This document shows, in pieces, positions 30,670 to 41,890 of a stretch of DNA of 64,000 nucleotides. The stretch covers positions 704,001 to 768,000 of the forward strand of contig CAWBMP010000004.1 in NCBI GenBank assembly GCA_963790025.1, written 5' to 3'. Position 1 is the first letter of the stretch; each line of letters opens with the position of its first letter. The translations under genes and the position numbers were made by a program. The stretch comes from Nitrospirota bacterium (lineage in GTDB: Bacteria > Nitrospirota > Thermodesulfovibrionia > Thermodesulfovibrionales > Dissulfurispiraceae). The notes below the pieces were generated by a model. That model did no database searches. It worked only from the letters and a program-made list of their open reading frames with translations, and was not told where the DNA came from.

Positions 30670-32586
30670 ATGGGAAAGTATGATGATATCTTTCAAAAAA
30701 GCATCAAGGACCCTTCAGGCTTTTGGGGAGAGGCCGCAGAACAAATCGACTGGTACAAGAGATGGGACAAGGTCCTGGATGATTCAAGGAAACCTTTCTA
30801 CAAATGGTTTGTGGGCGGCGAACTCAACACATGCTACAATGCGCTGGACAGGCATGTGAAAGGCGGGAGGGGGAACCAGATCGCCCTCATTTATGACAGT
30901 CCCGTAACCGACACTATCGAGAAATTCACCTATTCCCAACTGCTTGACACAGTTGCCAAGTTTGCAGGGGCGTTGAAAGGACTTGGTGTTGTCAAGGGCG
31001 ATACAGTCATTATTTACATGCCTATGATTCCACAGGCAGCGATCGCCATGCTGGCCTGCGCCCGTCTTGGGGCCATCCATTCAGTAGTCTTCGGAGGTTT
31101 CGCTCCGCATGAGCTGGCAATACGCATTGACGATGCAAAACCGAAGGTGTTGATCTCCGCATCGGGCGCCAAGGAGGGGGCCCGCGTCCTGGAGTACAAG
31201 CCGATGATAGACAAAGCACTGGAACTCTCCAAGCATAGACCCCAGAAATGCATAATCTTCCAGAGGCAATTTGTAACGGCGTCTATTATCGAAGGCCGCG
31301 ATCTCGACTTTGAACAGATAACTGCAAAGGCCGCTCCCGCAGACTGCGTGCCGGTTAAGGCTACCGACCCTCTCTATATTCTCTACACCTCAGGAACTAC
31401 CGGTGTCCCCAAAGGGATTGTCCGTGATAACGGCGGTCATGCGGTGGCATTGAGATGGAGCATTCCAAACATCTATGATACCTATCCCGGGGAAGTTTAC
31501 TGGGCGGCCTCCGACGTGGGCTGGGTAGTGGGTCATTCATATATAATATATGCTCCGCTAATAAGCGGCTGCACAACTGTATTATATGAAGGAAAACCTG
31601 TAGGCACGCCGAATCCCGGGGCCTTCTGGAGGGTCATCTCCGAGCATGGAGTCAAGACCCTGTTCACTGCGCCTACCGCTTTCCGGGCAATAAAGAGGGA
31701 CGATCCGAACGGTGACTATATAAAACAGTATGACCTCTCAAAATTTAAATACCTCTTCCTCGCCGGTGAGCGGCTCGATCCCGACACTTACCACTGGGCA
31801 CATGACCTTCTTAACAAGCACGTAGTGGACCACTGGTGGCAGACCGAGACAGGATGGCCTATTACTGCAAACTGCATGGGGATCGAACAGTTTGCTATTA
31901 AACCGGGCTCTTCTACGAAACCGGTTCCGGGGTATAATATTCACATTCTCGACAGCGACGGTAAAGTGCTTGGGCCGAATCAGACTGGGATCATAACCGC
32001 AAAACTTCCCCTTCCCCCTGGAACGCTGCCCACACTCTGGAATGCGGATGACCGGTATCTTGAGTCATATTGTAAAATGTTCGATGGATATTATTTTACC
32101 GCTGACGGGGGATACAAGGACGAAGACGGCTACATCTTCGTCATGGGCCGTGTTGATGATGTGATCAATGTGGCCGGTCACAGGCTCTCAACCGGCGAGA
32201 TGGAGGGTATCATAGCAACCCATCCCGATGTTGCCGAATGTGCAGTGATCGGCGTCGGCGATAACATGAAAGGGCAGTTGCCGGTTGGCTTTGTGGTCCT
32301 TAAGGCAGGCGTAAAGAAAAGCCCTGAGGAGATCAAGAAGGAAGTGACAAAACTCATAAGAGACCAAATCGGTCCCTTCGCGTGCTATAAGGAGACCGCT
32401 GTTGTTACTCGGCTGCCGAAGACGCGTTCCGGTAAAATACTTCGTGCCACCATGAGAAAGATTGCCGATGGTGAAAAATACAGTGTCCCATCCACAATCG
32501 ATGATCCGGCAGTCCTTGGCGAGATGGCGGAGGCCCTGAAGGGCATCGGCTATGCCGGCAAAGGCGACGAGTGTCTTACACTTTAG
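30670..32586 (+). CDS. prpE: Propionyl-CoA synthetase, copy 1
   Basis: YTSGTTGVPKGIVRDNGGH, SDVGWVVGHSY, DHWWQTETGW, LPKTRSGK. Confidence 0.93.
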   Translation: MGKYDDIFQKSIKDPSGFWGEAAEQIDWYKRWDKVLDDSRKPFYKWFVGGELNTCYNALDRHVKGGRGNQIALIYDSPVTDTIEKFTYSQLLDTVAKFAGALKGLGVVKGDTVIIYMPMIPQAAIAMLACARLGAIHSVVFGGFAPHELAIRIDDAKPKVLISASGAKEGARVLEYKPMIDKALELSKHRPQKCIIFQRQFVTASIIEGRDLDFEQITAKAAPADCVPVKATDPLYILYTSGTTGVPKGIVRDNGGHAVALRWSIPNIYDTYPGEVYWAASDVGWVVGHSYIIYAPLISGCTTVLYEGKPVGTPNPGAFWRVISEHGVKTLFTAPTAFRAIKRDDPNGDYIKQYDLSKFKYLFLAGERLDPDTYHWAHDLLNKHVVDHWWQTETGWPITANCMGIEQFAIKPGSSTKPVPGYNIHILDSDGKVLGPNQTGIITAKLPLPPGTLPTLWNADDRYLESYCKMFDGYYFTADGGYKDEDGYIFVMGRVDDVINVAGHRLSTGEMEGIIATHPDVAECAVIGVGDNMKGQLPVGFVVLKAGVKKSPEEIKKEVTKLIRDQIGPFACYKETAVVTRLPKTRSGKILRATMRKIADGEKYSVPSTIDDPAVLGEMAEALKGIGYAGKGDECLTL

Positions 32587-32678
32587 ATATGTGGCGCCGG
32601 CAATCCAGTGCAGCTGTCGACTGTTTTGCCGGCGCCGATAAATGATAAAAATAACTCAAAAGGACAGAGAGAACAAGG

Positions 32679-33716
32679 ATGAAAAACCGATCCCTTATCA
32701 GTCCGCCGACATTGAGTCGCGTCTTCACATCTGAGGACAGGGCCAGCTGTATTCGCGAGGGCGGACTTCTCGGTATCGCCCTTCGTGTTCCGTGCCGATG
32801 CAATCTCAAGTGCCGCTACTGCTATTCGAGTAAAACCGCTGACGGCATCGGCATCGAACAGATTCTGTCGTTCTGTTCCCAGGCAAGGGCTCTGGGCGCC
32901 AGAACATGCTCGATAGTGGGTGAGGGGGAACCGCTTCTTTTCCGGCAGTTGAAAGAGCTGATCTCGAGCCTTCGTCTGATGACGATGGATGTCATTCTTT
33001 ACTCGAACCTTATCGGACTGTCCGAGTCAACCATCGACTTTCTTATGGATCATGAAGTTACCCTCGTCTTTAAGCAGAACAGCCTGGACGAAGAGAGACA
33101 GGACTGGCTTTGTGGCGTGAAGGGAACTTATAAAAAGATCCAGGACCAGATCGATGTTTTGCTGAAGAAGGGCTACGCTTCGAGGCTCAAGAACCGCTTG
33201 TCGGTGCACACTGTAGCGTGCAGGCAGAATCTGGATGAAATCCCCGAAATGTGGAGGCGGTGGAGGGTCGGGGGGATTCTTCCGCAGGTGCAGCAGCTCA
33301 GTTTTTTCCGCCCGGAAGAGGAATATCGGACCTTGGCGATTTCTCCTGCAGAGGCGGGTGAACTCTTTGAGAAGCTCAGGCAAGTAGATAACACCTTTGG
33401 CTATGACTGGATTCCGAGACCGCCTATTGCCCCTTACGGTTGTTCAGTGCATTACACTAGCTGCGCATTAAGGCCAAATGGAGATATCTCAATCTGTGGC
33501 TATACGAACAAGATTCTGGGGAATGTGCTGGAACAGCCTCTCGATGAGATCATAAATTCTGCCGAAGTGAAGAAGATGCGGGAGCGCACACCCGCGGCCG
33601 GTTCAAAGTGCTTTTCATGCACACACCGTCTGAGATATGGTTGTTACGGGTGCATAGCAGACACTGTATGCCGCGGCAAGGGCTATTTTGATGAATACGA
33701 CCAGTGCTGGTTATGA
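32679..33716 (+). CDS. Radical SAM protein with SPASM domain
   Basis: CNLKCRYC; GEGEP; C-terminal C..C.....C.GC cluster. Confidence 0.9.
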   Translation: MKNRSLISPPTLSRVFTSEDRASCIREGGLLGIALRVPCRCNLKCRYCYSSKTADGIGIEQILSFCSQARALGARTCSIVGEGEPLLFRQLKELISSLRLMTMDVILYSNLIGLSESTIDFLMDHEVTLVFKQNSLDEERQDWLCGVKGTYKKIQDQIDVLLKKGYASRLKNRLSVHTVACRQNLDEIPEMWRRWRVGGILPQVQQLSFFRPEEEYRTLAISPAEAGELFEKLRQVDNTFGYDWIPRPPIAPYGCSVHYTSCALRPNGDISICGYTNKILGNVLEQPLDEIINSAEVKKMRERTPAAGSKCFSCTHRLRYGCYGCIADTVCRGKGYFDEYDQCWL

Positions 33717-33759
33717 AGGTGTTCGATAATAAAATGCGGAAATGCGAGGTTCTGTGGAC

Positions 33760-34365
33760 ATGCTGACAAAGGAAGCGATAGAGAAACGAAGGAGCATTCG
33801 CAGGTATAAGCCTGATCCGATACCCGAGGAGCATATAAGAGAATTGCTCGATTCGGCCCGACTGGCGCCCTCAGGCTGTAATGCACAGCCGTGGCGATTC
33901 AAAATTGTAAAAGAAGCGGCTATGAAGGCAAGGTTGGCTGAGGCGGCATACAATCAAGGTTTTATCGCCGATGCCCCTGTTGTAATTGTTTGTTGTGCTG
34001 ATATTCAGGGTTACATTGACGGCACTGTTTCCGGCTTACAGGACCTTGGAAAAGTCGGAGCTCTTAAGGACGGGATGGTCACGGTTCTTCAGGGTAGAGC
34101 CGACAATTTAAAAACAATGGGTCGCAGTGAGCTGGTTCCAATAGTTGCCGTAAATGTGGCGATTGCAATTGAACACATTGTATTGAGGGCCCTGGATTTT
34201 GGACTCGGCAGTTGTTGGATTCGTTTGTTTTATGAACAGAAGGTAAAAGATTTATTTGAATGGCCTGACAATATCTATGTAGTTGCACTTCTTCCCATTG
34301 GTTATCCGGCAGAAGTACCTAAAGCCCGAAAGAGATTGGCACTTAAGGAAATATTGATCGATTGA
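33760..34365 (+). CDS. Nitroreductase-family protein
   Basis: RRSIRRY, APSGCNAQPW, GLGSCW. Confidence 0.92.
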   Translation: MLTKEAIEKRRSIRRYKPDPIPEEHIRELLDSARLAPSGCNAQPWRFKIVKEAAMKARLAEAAYNQGFIADAPVVIVCCADIQGYIDGTVSGLQDLGKVGALKDGMVTVLQGRADNLKTMGRSELVPIVAVNVAIAIEHIVLRALDFGLGSCWIRLFYEQKVKDLFEWPDNIYVVALLPIGYPAEVPKARKRLALKEILID

Positions 34366-34404
34366 GCTGTTGATAATCTTTTACATAAAAGGGGTGAACT
34401 AAAA

Positions 34405-35061
34405 GTGTATTCATTCGAAACACTTGATCTCATCGACAATCGAAACCAACCGATACCGAACACTTTCTTTCGTCAAAAGGCTGAGACGCGGCACCTTGCC
34501 GTCCTTCTGCCCGGATTGGGTTATACATCGCATATGCCGGTAATGTATTACCCCTCGATGTTACTTCTTTCGAGGGGGGCTGATGTCCTGCGGGCAGAGT
34601 GCAATTATGTAAAAAACTCCGACTTCATGGCCCTGCATGTGGCTGAGCGCCTGCGTCTTGCAGCTGAGGACGCGCTGGTGATATATTCCGGCGCTATCAG
34701 GCAAAGAGACTACGAAACGATAACGCTCGTCGGCAAATCGATCGGCACCTATGCAATGGGGCATCTTATAAGCTCGACTGAAATATCGCAGAAGCTGCAG
34801 TGCCTCTGGCTCACGCCTATTCTAAAAGATGATCGGTTCATTTCACAAATAAAAAATGTCGGGCATAAGGCCCTTTTTGTTACCGGCACGTCTGATCCGT
34901 ATTACAATAAAGCAAATCTGGACGACCTTCTGACGGCTACCGGCGGACATGGCATAGTCATCGAAGGCGCAAACCACAGCCTTGAAATAGACGATGATGC
35001 CATAAAATCACTTCAAGCCCTTAAGAGAATGATGACCGGGATTGAAGAGTTTCTGGGTTAA
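34405..35061 (+). CDS. Alpha/beta hydrolase
   Basis: GKSIG nucleophile elbow, GTSDP, ANHSL. Confidence 0.85.
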   Translation: MYSFETLDLIDNRNQPIPNTFFRQKAETRHLAVLLPGLGYTSHMPVMYYPSMLLLSRGADVLRAECNYVKNSDFMALHVAERLRLAAEDALVIYSGAIRQRDYETITLVGKSIGTYAMGHLISSTEISQKLQCLWLTPILKDDRFISQIKNVGHKALFVTGTSDPYYNKANLDDLLTATGGHGIVIEGANHSLEIDDDAIKSLQALKRMMTGIEEFLG

Positions 35062-35074
35062 GGCAGGATCACGA

Positions 35075-36601
35075 ATGGCTCTCACCACTGGAATACCAAA
35101 GAAATGGCACAAAGAGGTCGACGTTGTTTGTGTAGGATATGGTGGCGCCGGAGCTTCAGCCGCCATAAGCGCTTATGATGCCGGCGCGAATGTGCTCATA
35201 ATTGAAAAAATGCGTGAGAGCGGCGGGAACACGCACGTTTCCACAGGTGGGTTTATCTGCCCCACAGATGTGAACGAGGCTATTACATATATTAAAGGAC
35301 TCTTTCAACTTTCAATGTCCGAAATGGACGAGGATCTGGTCAGGGTGTATGCGGAAGAAGCGATAAAGAACGTCGACTGGGTTAAGGGCCTTAAGGAAGG
35401 CACTGATGTAATGGTTTATGGATATGCCGGATACCCGAGCGTGCCTGGCGCAAAATCCATGGTCAAATACGGTGCGAAGGGTCCTGGCAAGGGTCCTAGC
35501 GGCAGCGCCAAGAACCTCTGGGACATCTTCACATATGCAGTGGAGCAAAAAAGGAAAATTCCAGTTATGCTAAATACACCTGCAAAAAGACTGGTTCGGA
35601 ACTGTGCCGGGGAGATTATTGGTGTAGTGGCAGAGTCCAATGGAAAAGAATTTAATATCCTCGCCAGAAAAGCTGTTATTCTGACAACCGGCGGGTACGA
35701 ATATGACAAGAAAGCGCTCCAGAGCTTTATTAAGGGCTACCCGATTTATGCGTTAGGTAACCCGGGCAACACAGGCGATGGCGTCCGTATGGCTTCGGCT
35801 GTTGGCGCCGGATTGTGGCACATGAACGGGACTTCATGCCCGCTGGGCATAAAAGTTCCCGACTATGAAGGTGGCTTCCCTCTCTTAATGGCCATTCCCG
35901 GCTTTATATTTGTCGACAAGCACGGCAAACGCTTCGTCAATGAAAGATCAATGGAATTGCACACAGGGCTCCTTGCAGTGGACTATTTTGACGCTCATTC
36001 CCTCGAATATCCGAGAATTCCATGCTACCTGATCTTTGACGAGACCAATCGCCTGAAAGGTCCCATTACTGCATGGGCCGGCGTCGGTTATACAGCGCAG
36101 AAGTTCTATAAGTGGAGCAAAGACAACAGTGGAGAAATTAACAAGGGTTGGATTATCAAAGCGGAGACGCCGACTGAACTCGCAAAAAAGATCGGAATCG
36201 ATGCGATGAACCTTGAGACAACGCTGTCAAAATGGAATGAGGACATCAAGGCCGGCAAAGGTGACACCACGTTCGGACGGCCGATACATGCGGCGCCTGA
36301 ATCAAATCCGTCAATCAAGGATTTCCAGGTGCCCGTCTTGTCAGCGCCTATAGAAAAAGCGCCTTTCTATGCAGTCCCTATTTACCCCTGCTTACTCAAT
36401 ACACAGGGTGGACCGAGGCGAAATACGAATGCGCAGATTGTCGACCCCTTCGGGCAGGCTATCCCACGGCTATACAGTTCGGGAGAGCTTGGCTCGATGT
36501 GGGGATTGATCTATCAGGGAGCAGGCAACATAGCTGAGTGCATGATATTTGGCAGGATTGCCGGAAGGCATGCAGCGGCCTTAAAACCTTGGAAAAAATA
36601 A
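35075..36601 (+). CDS. FAD-dependent oxidoreductase (flavocytochrome c / 3-ketosteroid dehydrogenase-like)
   Basis: GYGGAG, TTGGY, GNTGDG, NTQGG, FGRIAG. Confidence 0.88.
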   Translation: MALTTGIPKKWHKEVDVVCVGYGGAGASAAISAYDAGANVLIIEKMRESGGNTHVSTGGFICPTDVNEAITYIKGLFQLSMSEMDEDLVRVYAEEAIKNVDWVKGLKEGTDVMVYGYAGYPSVPGAKSMVKYGAKGPGKGPSGSAKNLWDIFTYAVEQKRKIPVMLNTPAKRLVRNCAGEIIGVVAESNGKEFNILARKAVILTTGGYEYDKKALQSFIKGYPIYALGNPGNTGDGVRMASAVGAGLWHMNGTSCPLGIKVPDYEGGFPLLMAIPGFIFVDKHGKRFVNERSMELHTGLLAVDYFDAHSLEYPRIPCYLIFDETNRLKGPITAWAGVGYTAQKFYKWSKDNSGEINKGWIIKAETPTELAKKIGIDAMNLETTLSKWNEDIKAGKGDTTFGRPIHAAPESNPSIKDFQVPVLSAPIEKAPFYAVPIYPCLLNTQGGPRRNTNAQIVDPFGQAIPRLYSSGELGSMWGLIYQGAGNIAECMIFGRIAGRHAAALKPWKK

Positions 36602-36721
36602 ACTTGCGAGGCCACGCGGATAAACATCGCGTCATGCGCCGGGCGTTGTGCGTCGACCGCAAAGGGAAAAAACAGAAAAATAATAAATTGCGGCCAACAA
36701 CTCAGGCATATCGGCAATCGA

Positions 36722-38728
36722 TCATGTTGTGAAAGTGATGAGGACATCATCACTTTCTACGGCTTTGCCGACAGTTGCACTTACTTCTTCTACGACCCCG
36801 TCGCAGGGGGATGAAACACCACATTCCATCTTCATGGATTCGATAACCACCAGGTCCTGTCCGCGGTAGACACGATCACCTTTGTTGACCAGAATACTGA
36901 TTACCATCCCCGGAAGGGGCGAGAGAAGCACATTTTCTTTGCCATCTTTTTTCTCAGTCGGCATGTATTGTGCCAGTTCCCACTCCTTGGGAGAATATAT
37001 TTCAAAAATGCGGGAGTTGCCGCTATAAGCGATCCATATGAAATTCTGCAGGTACTGAAGCCTGAAATATTGATACAGGCCGTTTATCGACAGTTTCAAC
37101 CTTCGCCTGTAGAATTCAAAATATGGGGCAATAACAGTATATTCAGTCCCGTTTACCTTGAAACTCCAGTCCGAGGACGTAAACTGTCCCTGTAATTCAA
37201 CTTCAAAGATATCTTTATTGCCTTTAACGATATAACGATGCGGCTGATCCGGCTTGTGAGACAGCCCAACTTTTGAAGCCATGGGTTTAAAGGATTCACG
37301 GACCAGATTCTTGCGGACATGATAAACGAGGGTTGAGGCAATAACCATGGCTTCAAGCTGCTCCACCGGAGGGTCGATTTTGGCCTTTCCGTCCTCAAAG
37401 TTTTCATCGATGAATCCGGTTGAAAGCTCGCCTCTGATAAAGGCAGGGTGGTTGAGAATAGAGCTCGCAAAATTCAAGTTGGTAGTCACACCCTCGACGT
37501 GATACCGATTCAGAGCATTGACCAGGGTGGTTCGGGCTATTTCCCGCGTCTCTCCCCAACTGATCACCTTGGAGATAAGCGAATCATAATGCACGCTTAT
37601 GAAACTGCCTGCCTCAACACCGCTGTCAAGTCTGATATTTCTGCCCCTGAGATTTGAGTATCGGGTGACCAATCCGGTAGACGGCAGAAAATTGCGGGCA
37701 GAATCCTCAGCGCAGATCCTGGCTTCTATGGACCAGCCCTTGATCGAGACATCTTTTTGAGAAAGCGGCAGACGTTCGCCTGCCGCAACTCTGAGCTGCA
37801 GTTCTACTAGGTCAAGTGAAGTAACCATCTCCGTGACCGGGTGTTCCACCTGAAGCCGTGTATTCATTTCCATGAAGAAAAAATTATGGCTATCCATTAT
37901 GAATTCAACGGTCCCTGCATTGGAATACCCTGCCTCACGGGCCAAGGCACAGGCCATTTCGCCCATACGGGACCTAAGTTCAGCATCAACCGCCATGGAG
38001 GGGGCCTCTTCGATTACCTTCTGGTAGCGTCGCTGGATCGAGCATTCCCGCTCTCCAAGAGAGACGATGTTTCCATGCCGGTCAGCGATGATCTGGATCT
38101 CAATATGGCGGGGATTGCCGATAAACCTCTCCAGAAAGATCCTGTTGTCGCCAAATGCCTTACGGGTTTCTTCCTGTGCTGAATGAAGGGCGGATTCAAG
38201 TTCATGAGGCGAGGCAACCATGCGCATACCCCGGCCCCCGCCTCCGGCAGCGGGTTTGAGCAGAATGGGATAACCGATTTCTGCAGCAAGCGACTTTATT
38301 TCTTCAAGGTCGGCAACAGGCTTGTTGTGACCCGGCACCACAGGCACCCCAGCTTTAATCGCAATATTTTTGGCCGAAATTTTGTCTCCGAGAGCAGCGA
38401 TCACCTCCGGTGAAGGCCCGATAAATGTCAACCCCGCCTTGACCACGGCAGCAGCAAATTTTGCATTCTCCGAAAGAAACCCATAACCCGGATGAATAGC
38501 CCGGCAATCCTGCGCAACCGCAGCCTCGATAATTTTTTCATGCACAAGATATGAGGAAGCAGAGGGCGATGGCCCGATATGAACAGCCTCGTCAGCCTCA
38601 CGGACATGGAGTGAACGGGCATCAATATCCGAAAATACTGCAACTGACTTTACATTAAGCTTCCTGCAGGTACGTATAATTCGGGTTGCAATCTCGCCCC
38701 GGTTAGCTATAAGAATTTTTTCAAACAT
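36722..38728 (-). CDS. pccA: Propionyl-CoA carboxylase alpha (biotin carboxylase plus BCCP)
   Basis: ANRGEIA, RECSIQRR, EMNTRLQVEH, ESMKM. Confidence 0.92.
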   Translation of the reverse strand: MFEKILIANRGEIATRIIRTCRKLNVKSVAVFSDIDARSLHVREADEAVHIGPSPSASSYLVHEKIIEAAVAQDCRAIHPGYGFLSENAKFAAAVVKAGLTFIGPSPEVIAALGDKISAKNIAIKAGVPVVPGHNKPVADLEEIKSLAAEIGYPILLKPAAGGGGRGMRMVASPHELESALHSAQEETRKAFGDNRIFLERFIGNPRHIEIQIIADRHGNIVSLGERECSIQRRYQKVIEEAPSMAVDAELRSRMGEMACALAREAGYSNAGTVEFIMDSHNFFFMEMNTRLQVEHPVTEMVTSLDLVELQLRVAAGERLPLSQKDVSIKGWSIEARICAEDSARNFLPSTGLVTRYSNLRGRNIRLDSGVEAGSFISVHYDSLISKVISWGETREIARTTLVNALNRYHVEGVTTNLNFASSILNHPAFIRGELSTGFIDENFEDGKAKIDPPVEQLEAMVIASTLVYHVRKNLVRESFKPMASKVGLSHKPDQPHRYIVKGNKDIFEVELQGQFTSSDWSFKVNGTEYTVIAPYFEFYRRRLKLSINGLYQYFRLQYLQNFIWIAYSGNSRIFEIYSPKEWELAQYMPTEKKDGKENVLLSPLPGMVISILVNKGDRVYRGQDLVVIESMKMECGVSSPCDGVVEEVSATVGKAVESDDVLITFTT

Positions 38729-38784
38729 ATTGATTCCTTAAATGTAACATCAGCATTGTCTTGAAAAGTATAGCAACTCTCAGT

Positions 38785-40338
38785 TCACAATGGAATATTC
38801 CCGTGTTTCCGCTGCGGCAGGCTTGTCCGCTTGTTTTCCAGAAACTGCAGGCTTCGGATCAGCCGGTGCCTTGTATCACGCGGATTGATGACGTCGTCGA
38901 TAAATCCTCTCTTGGCTGCCATGAAGGGATTGGCGTACGTTATCCGGTATTCTTCCGCTTTCCGGGCAAGCATCTCCGAAGGGTCTTCCGCCTCTTCAAT
39001 CTCCTTGCGGTAAATAATCTGTGCTGCGCCTTTGGGGCCGAGCACGGCGATTTCCGCTGCAGGCCAGGCAAAATTCAGATCACAGCCAATGTGTTTGGAA
39101 TTCATGACCACGTATGCGCCGCCGTATGCCTTGCGAATAATGACCGTTATCCGGGGCACCGTAGCTTCTGAAAAGGCATAAAGCAGCTTTGCCCCGCGCC
39201 GGATAATGCCTCCGTGCTCCTGCTCCGGCCCGGGCATGAAACCCGGTACATCCTCAAGGCAAACGAGCGGGATATTGAAAGCATCGCAGAAACGGACAAA
39301 TCGGGCGGCCTTTTCAGAAGCCTGGACGTCAAGGACACCGGCAAGCACTGCAGGCTGGTTGGCAATGAGGCCTACGGTCTCACCTCCGAGACGGCCGAAA
39401 CCCACAATTATATTCCTGGCAAAATGGGGATGAATCTCCAGAAATTCCGCTCCGTCCAGAATACTGCTGATAAGAATCTTCATGTCATACGTCTGGTTCG
39501 CATTGGCCGGAACCAAATAATCCAGGGCAGGGTCCGAGCGTTCAGCCGGATCCCTCAGATCAAGAATCGGCGCCTGTTGACGATTGTTTGAAGGCAGATA
39601 ACTGACGAGCCGCCTCAGCTCCCTTAGGCAGAGAATATCATTGGGGAAAACGAAATGGGCCACACCGCTTTTTTTGCTGTGCACCATGGCCCCGCCCAAT
39701 TCTTCCGCGGTAATGTCCTGATGGATGACGGTCTTGACCACATTGGGTCCAGTGACAAACATATATGAGGTGTTTTCGACCATGAAGGTGAAATCCGTTA
39801 TGGCAGGGCTGTAGACGGCGCCGCCTGCGCAGGGCCCCATAATGCATGAGATCTGCGGCACCACCCCGCTTGCCTGAACATTTCGATGGAAAATTTCTCC
39901 ATATGCTGCCAGCGATTCAACCCCCTCCTGGATCCGGGCTCCGCCGGAATCGTTAAGCCCGATAATGGGCGCGCCGACCCGCACAGCATGGTCCATTAAC
40001 TTGCAGATCTTCTGAGCATGGGCCTCGCCGAGTGATCCGCCAATGATGGTGAAATCCTGGCTGAATACGAAGACCTCGCGACCATCGATGGTGCCGTGCC
40101 CGGTAATCACCCCGTCTCCGGGAAACTCACCGGCGCCGGTATTCTGGCCCGGCCTTCCGGCCATCAGAAGATTAAATTCTTCAAATGAACCATCATCAAG
40201 GAGCAGTTCGATACGCTCCCGCGCGGTGAGCTTACCCTTGCGGTGCTGGGCCTCGATTCTCTTAATTCCTCCGCCGAGAAAGGCCTCCTCTTTCATGGCT
40301 TCAAGTTTTGTCAGATTATTCTGTTCATACCGCTGCAC
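38785..40338 (-). CDS. pccB: Propionyl-CoA carboxylase beta (carboxyltransferase)
   Basis: [30 protein letters not shown]. Confidence 0.92.
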   Translation of the reverse strand: MQRYEQNNLTKLEAMKEEAFLGGGIKRIEAQHRKGKLTARERIELLLDDGSFEEFNLLMAGRPGQNTGAGEFPGDGVITGHGTIDGREVFVFSQDFTIIGGSLGEAHAQKICKLMDHAVRVGAPIIGLNDSGGARIQEGVESLAAYGEIFHRNVQASGVVPQISCIMGPCAGGAVYSPAITDFTFMVENTSYMFVTGPNVVKTVIHQDITAEELGGAMVHSKKSGVAHFVFPNDILCLRELRRLVSYLPSNNRQQAPILDLRDPAERSDPALDYLVPANANQTYDMKILISSILDGAEFLEIHPHFARNIIVGFGRLGGETVGLIANQPAVLAGVLDVQASEKAARFVRFCDAFNIPLVCLEDVPGFMPGPEQEHGGIIRRGAKLLYAFSEATVPRITVIIRKAYGGAYVVMNSKHIGCDLNFAWPAAEIAVLGPKGAAQIIYRKEIEEAEDPSEMLARKAEEYRITYANPFMAAKRGFIDDVINPRDTRHRLIRSLQFLENKRTSLPQRKHGNIPL

Positions 40339-40439
40339 TATTACACCTCCCCAGAAAGGGTTCTATTTACAAAATTCGGTGAGAATATTATGACTTATGA
40401 TGCGGATTACTTATAGATTACAGGATGACAAACCCGATA

Positions 40440-41426
40440 TCAAGCTATTTTCAGCCCGCTCTGCCTGATCAACTCCAGATCATCACCAAAAGTCCTGCCT
40501 GTCGTCGTCAGGTAATTACCTGTAAGGACGGCATCGGCGCCTGCCAAAAATACCATACAGCTGAACTCACCAAGTGTCTGCACCCTGCCTCCGCACACGC
40601 GTATCTGTTTACCAGGCAGGATGAAACGGTAAAGGCTGATAATTTTAAGCGCCTCGAACGGGGGAAGGACCGCATGCTCACCCAGCGGAGTACCTTTGAC
40701 AGGTATAAGAAAATTGATCGGCACAGAGTCGACATCAAGCGCTCTAAGAGCAAAAGCAATGTCCACTCTGTCCTGCCACGTCTCTCCAATACCGAAAATA
40801 CCTCCCGAACACACGGAAAGCCCTGCTGACAGCGCCGCCTCGATGGTTTTCAGTTTTTCATGGTATGTATGGGTGCTGCAAATTTCGGGGAAAAAATTTT
40901 CTGATGTTTCAAGATTATGATGATAACGCACAAGGCCGCATTCCCCGAGATAAGATAGTTCCTCTTTGTTGAGAAGCCCCAGAGTTGCACACGGCAAAAG
41001 GCCCGTGCGTCTTACTTCCAGTACCATACTGCCCATTTTTCTCAGTTCGTTACTGCTGATCTTTCTGCCACTCGTGACAATGCAGAACCTCCTTACCCCG
41101 GCGTTCTTTGCCTCCAGCGCTTTTTCGATAATCCTGCTTTTCTCAAGGAGCGGATATACCTCGACACCTGTGCTGACCTTCGAGGATTGGGCGCAATACG
41201 AACAGTCCTCGGAACAAGCTCCTGATTTTGCATTGACGATAGCACACAGATCGATGATGTCGCCTCTGAAGCACTGCCTTATGCCGCTCGCAGCAGCAAA
41301 AAGACCGAGCAAGTCGGCATCACTAAGCCCGCTTATCCAGAGGGCCTCTTGAGGCGTAATGGTACCCCCGGCGATGACCTTATCTCTCAGGGCCTCAATC
41401 GTGGGCATTATTATCAGTGTCTTCAT
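40440..41426 (-). CDS. bioB: Biotin synthase
   Basis: CSEDCSYCAQS, YHHNLET, VPINFL, GNYLTT. Confidence 0.97.
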   Translation of the reverse strand: MKTLIIMPTIEALRDKVIAGGTITPQEALWISGLSDADLLGLFAAASGIRQCFRGDIIDLCAIVNAKSGACSEDCSYCAQSSKVSTGVEVYPLLEKSRIIEKALEAKNAGVRRFCIVTSGRKISSNELRKMGSMVLEVRRTGLLPCATLGLLNKEELSYLGECGLVRYHHNLETSENFFPEICSTHTYHEKLKTIEAALSAGLSVCSGGIFGIGETWQDRVDIAFALRALDVDSVPINFLIPVKGTPLGEHAVLPPFEALKIISLYRFILPGKQIRVCGGRVQTLGEFSCMVFLAGADAVLTGNYLTTTGRTFGDDLELIRQSGLKIA

Positions 41427-41450
41427 CCGATATTACCAGCCAACCCGTAT

Positions 41451-41588
41451 TTAAAAGAATGGTAGCAAATACTTTGCCACATCGTCGGGATCAGCTTTAA
41501 GCACTGCTTTTACCAAGTATGTTCTTCCATCCCATTTTTTATCTATAATCTCTACCTTCACAACACCAGCGGTCAGAGCGGTTATTTT
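41451..41588 (-). pseudogene. Start-less gene fragment cut by the duplicated promoter block
   Basis: Open frame KITALTAGVVKVEIIDKKWDGRTYLVKAVLKADPDDV... reads as protein and stops at the edge of the 41588 duplication. Confidence 0.4.
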
Positions 41589-41772
41589 ATTATAATGCAA
41601 TTAATTGCATGCAAAAATGTGATTAATATGCAGTATATTGCATACACAAACAGTTCAAATATTGAAGACCCTGATTTGGGAATTCATTATGCCGATCAAT
41701 GAAGACGTTCTGTTACTGATTTTCAAGGTCTATTATTGCTAAACAATATTGGAAGATGGTACAATTATTGCT
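41588..41772. repeat. ~185-bp promoter block duplicated at 57314-57497; contains operator site 2 (41596-41642)
   Basis: Colinear by eye, with scattered substitutions and small indels. Confidence 0.92.
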
Positions 41773-41890
41773 CCGTCAGGCCCGAGGATGCCGACTTTCT
41801 TAATTAAGGACTTCGGGACAACAGTGGGTGCCTTAAGCGAATGACATCCCATAAAGAGACCCTTAGTGATATTACTTTCAAGGAGAGACT

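Noticed and set aside
32589..32645. RiPP precursor peptide for the radical SAM/SPASM enzyme
   Set aside because: The 18-codon ORF has no RBS and coincides with a GC hairpin (GGCGCCGGCAA/TTGCCGGCGCC).
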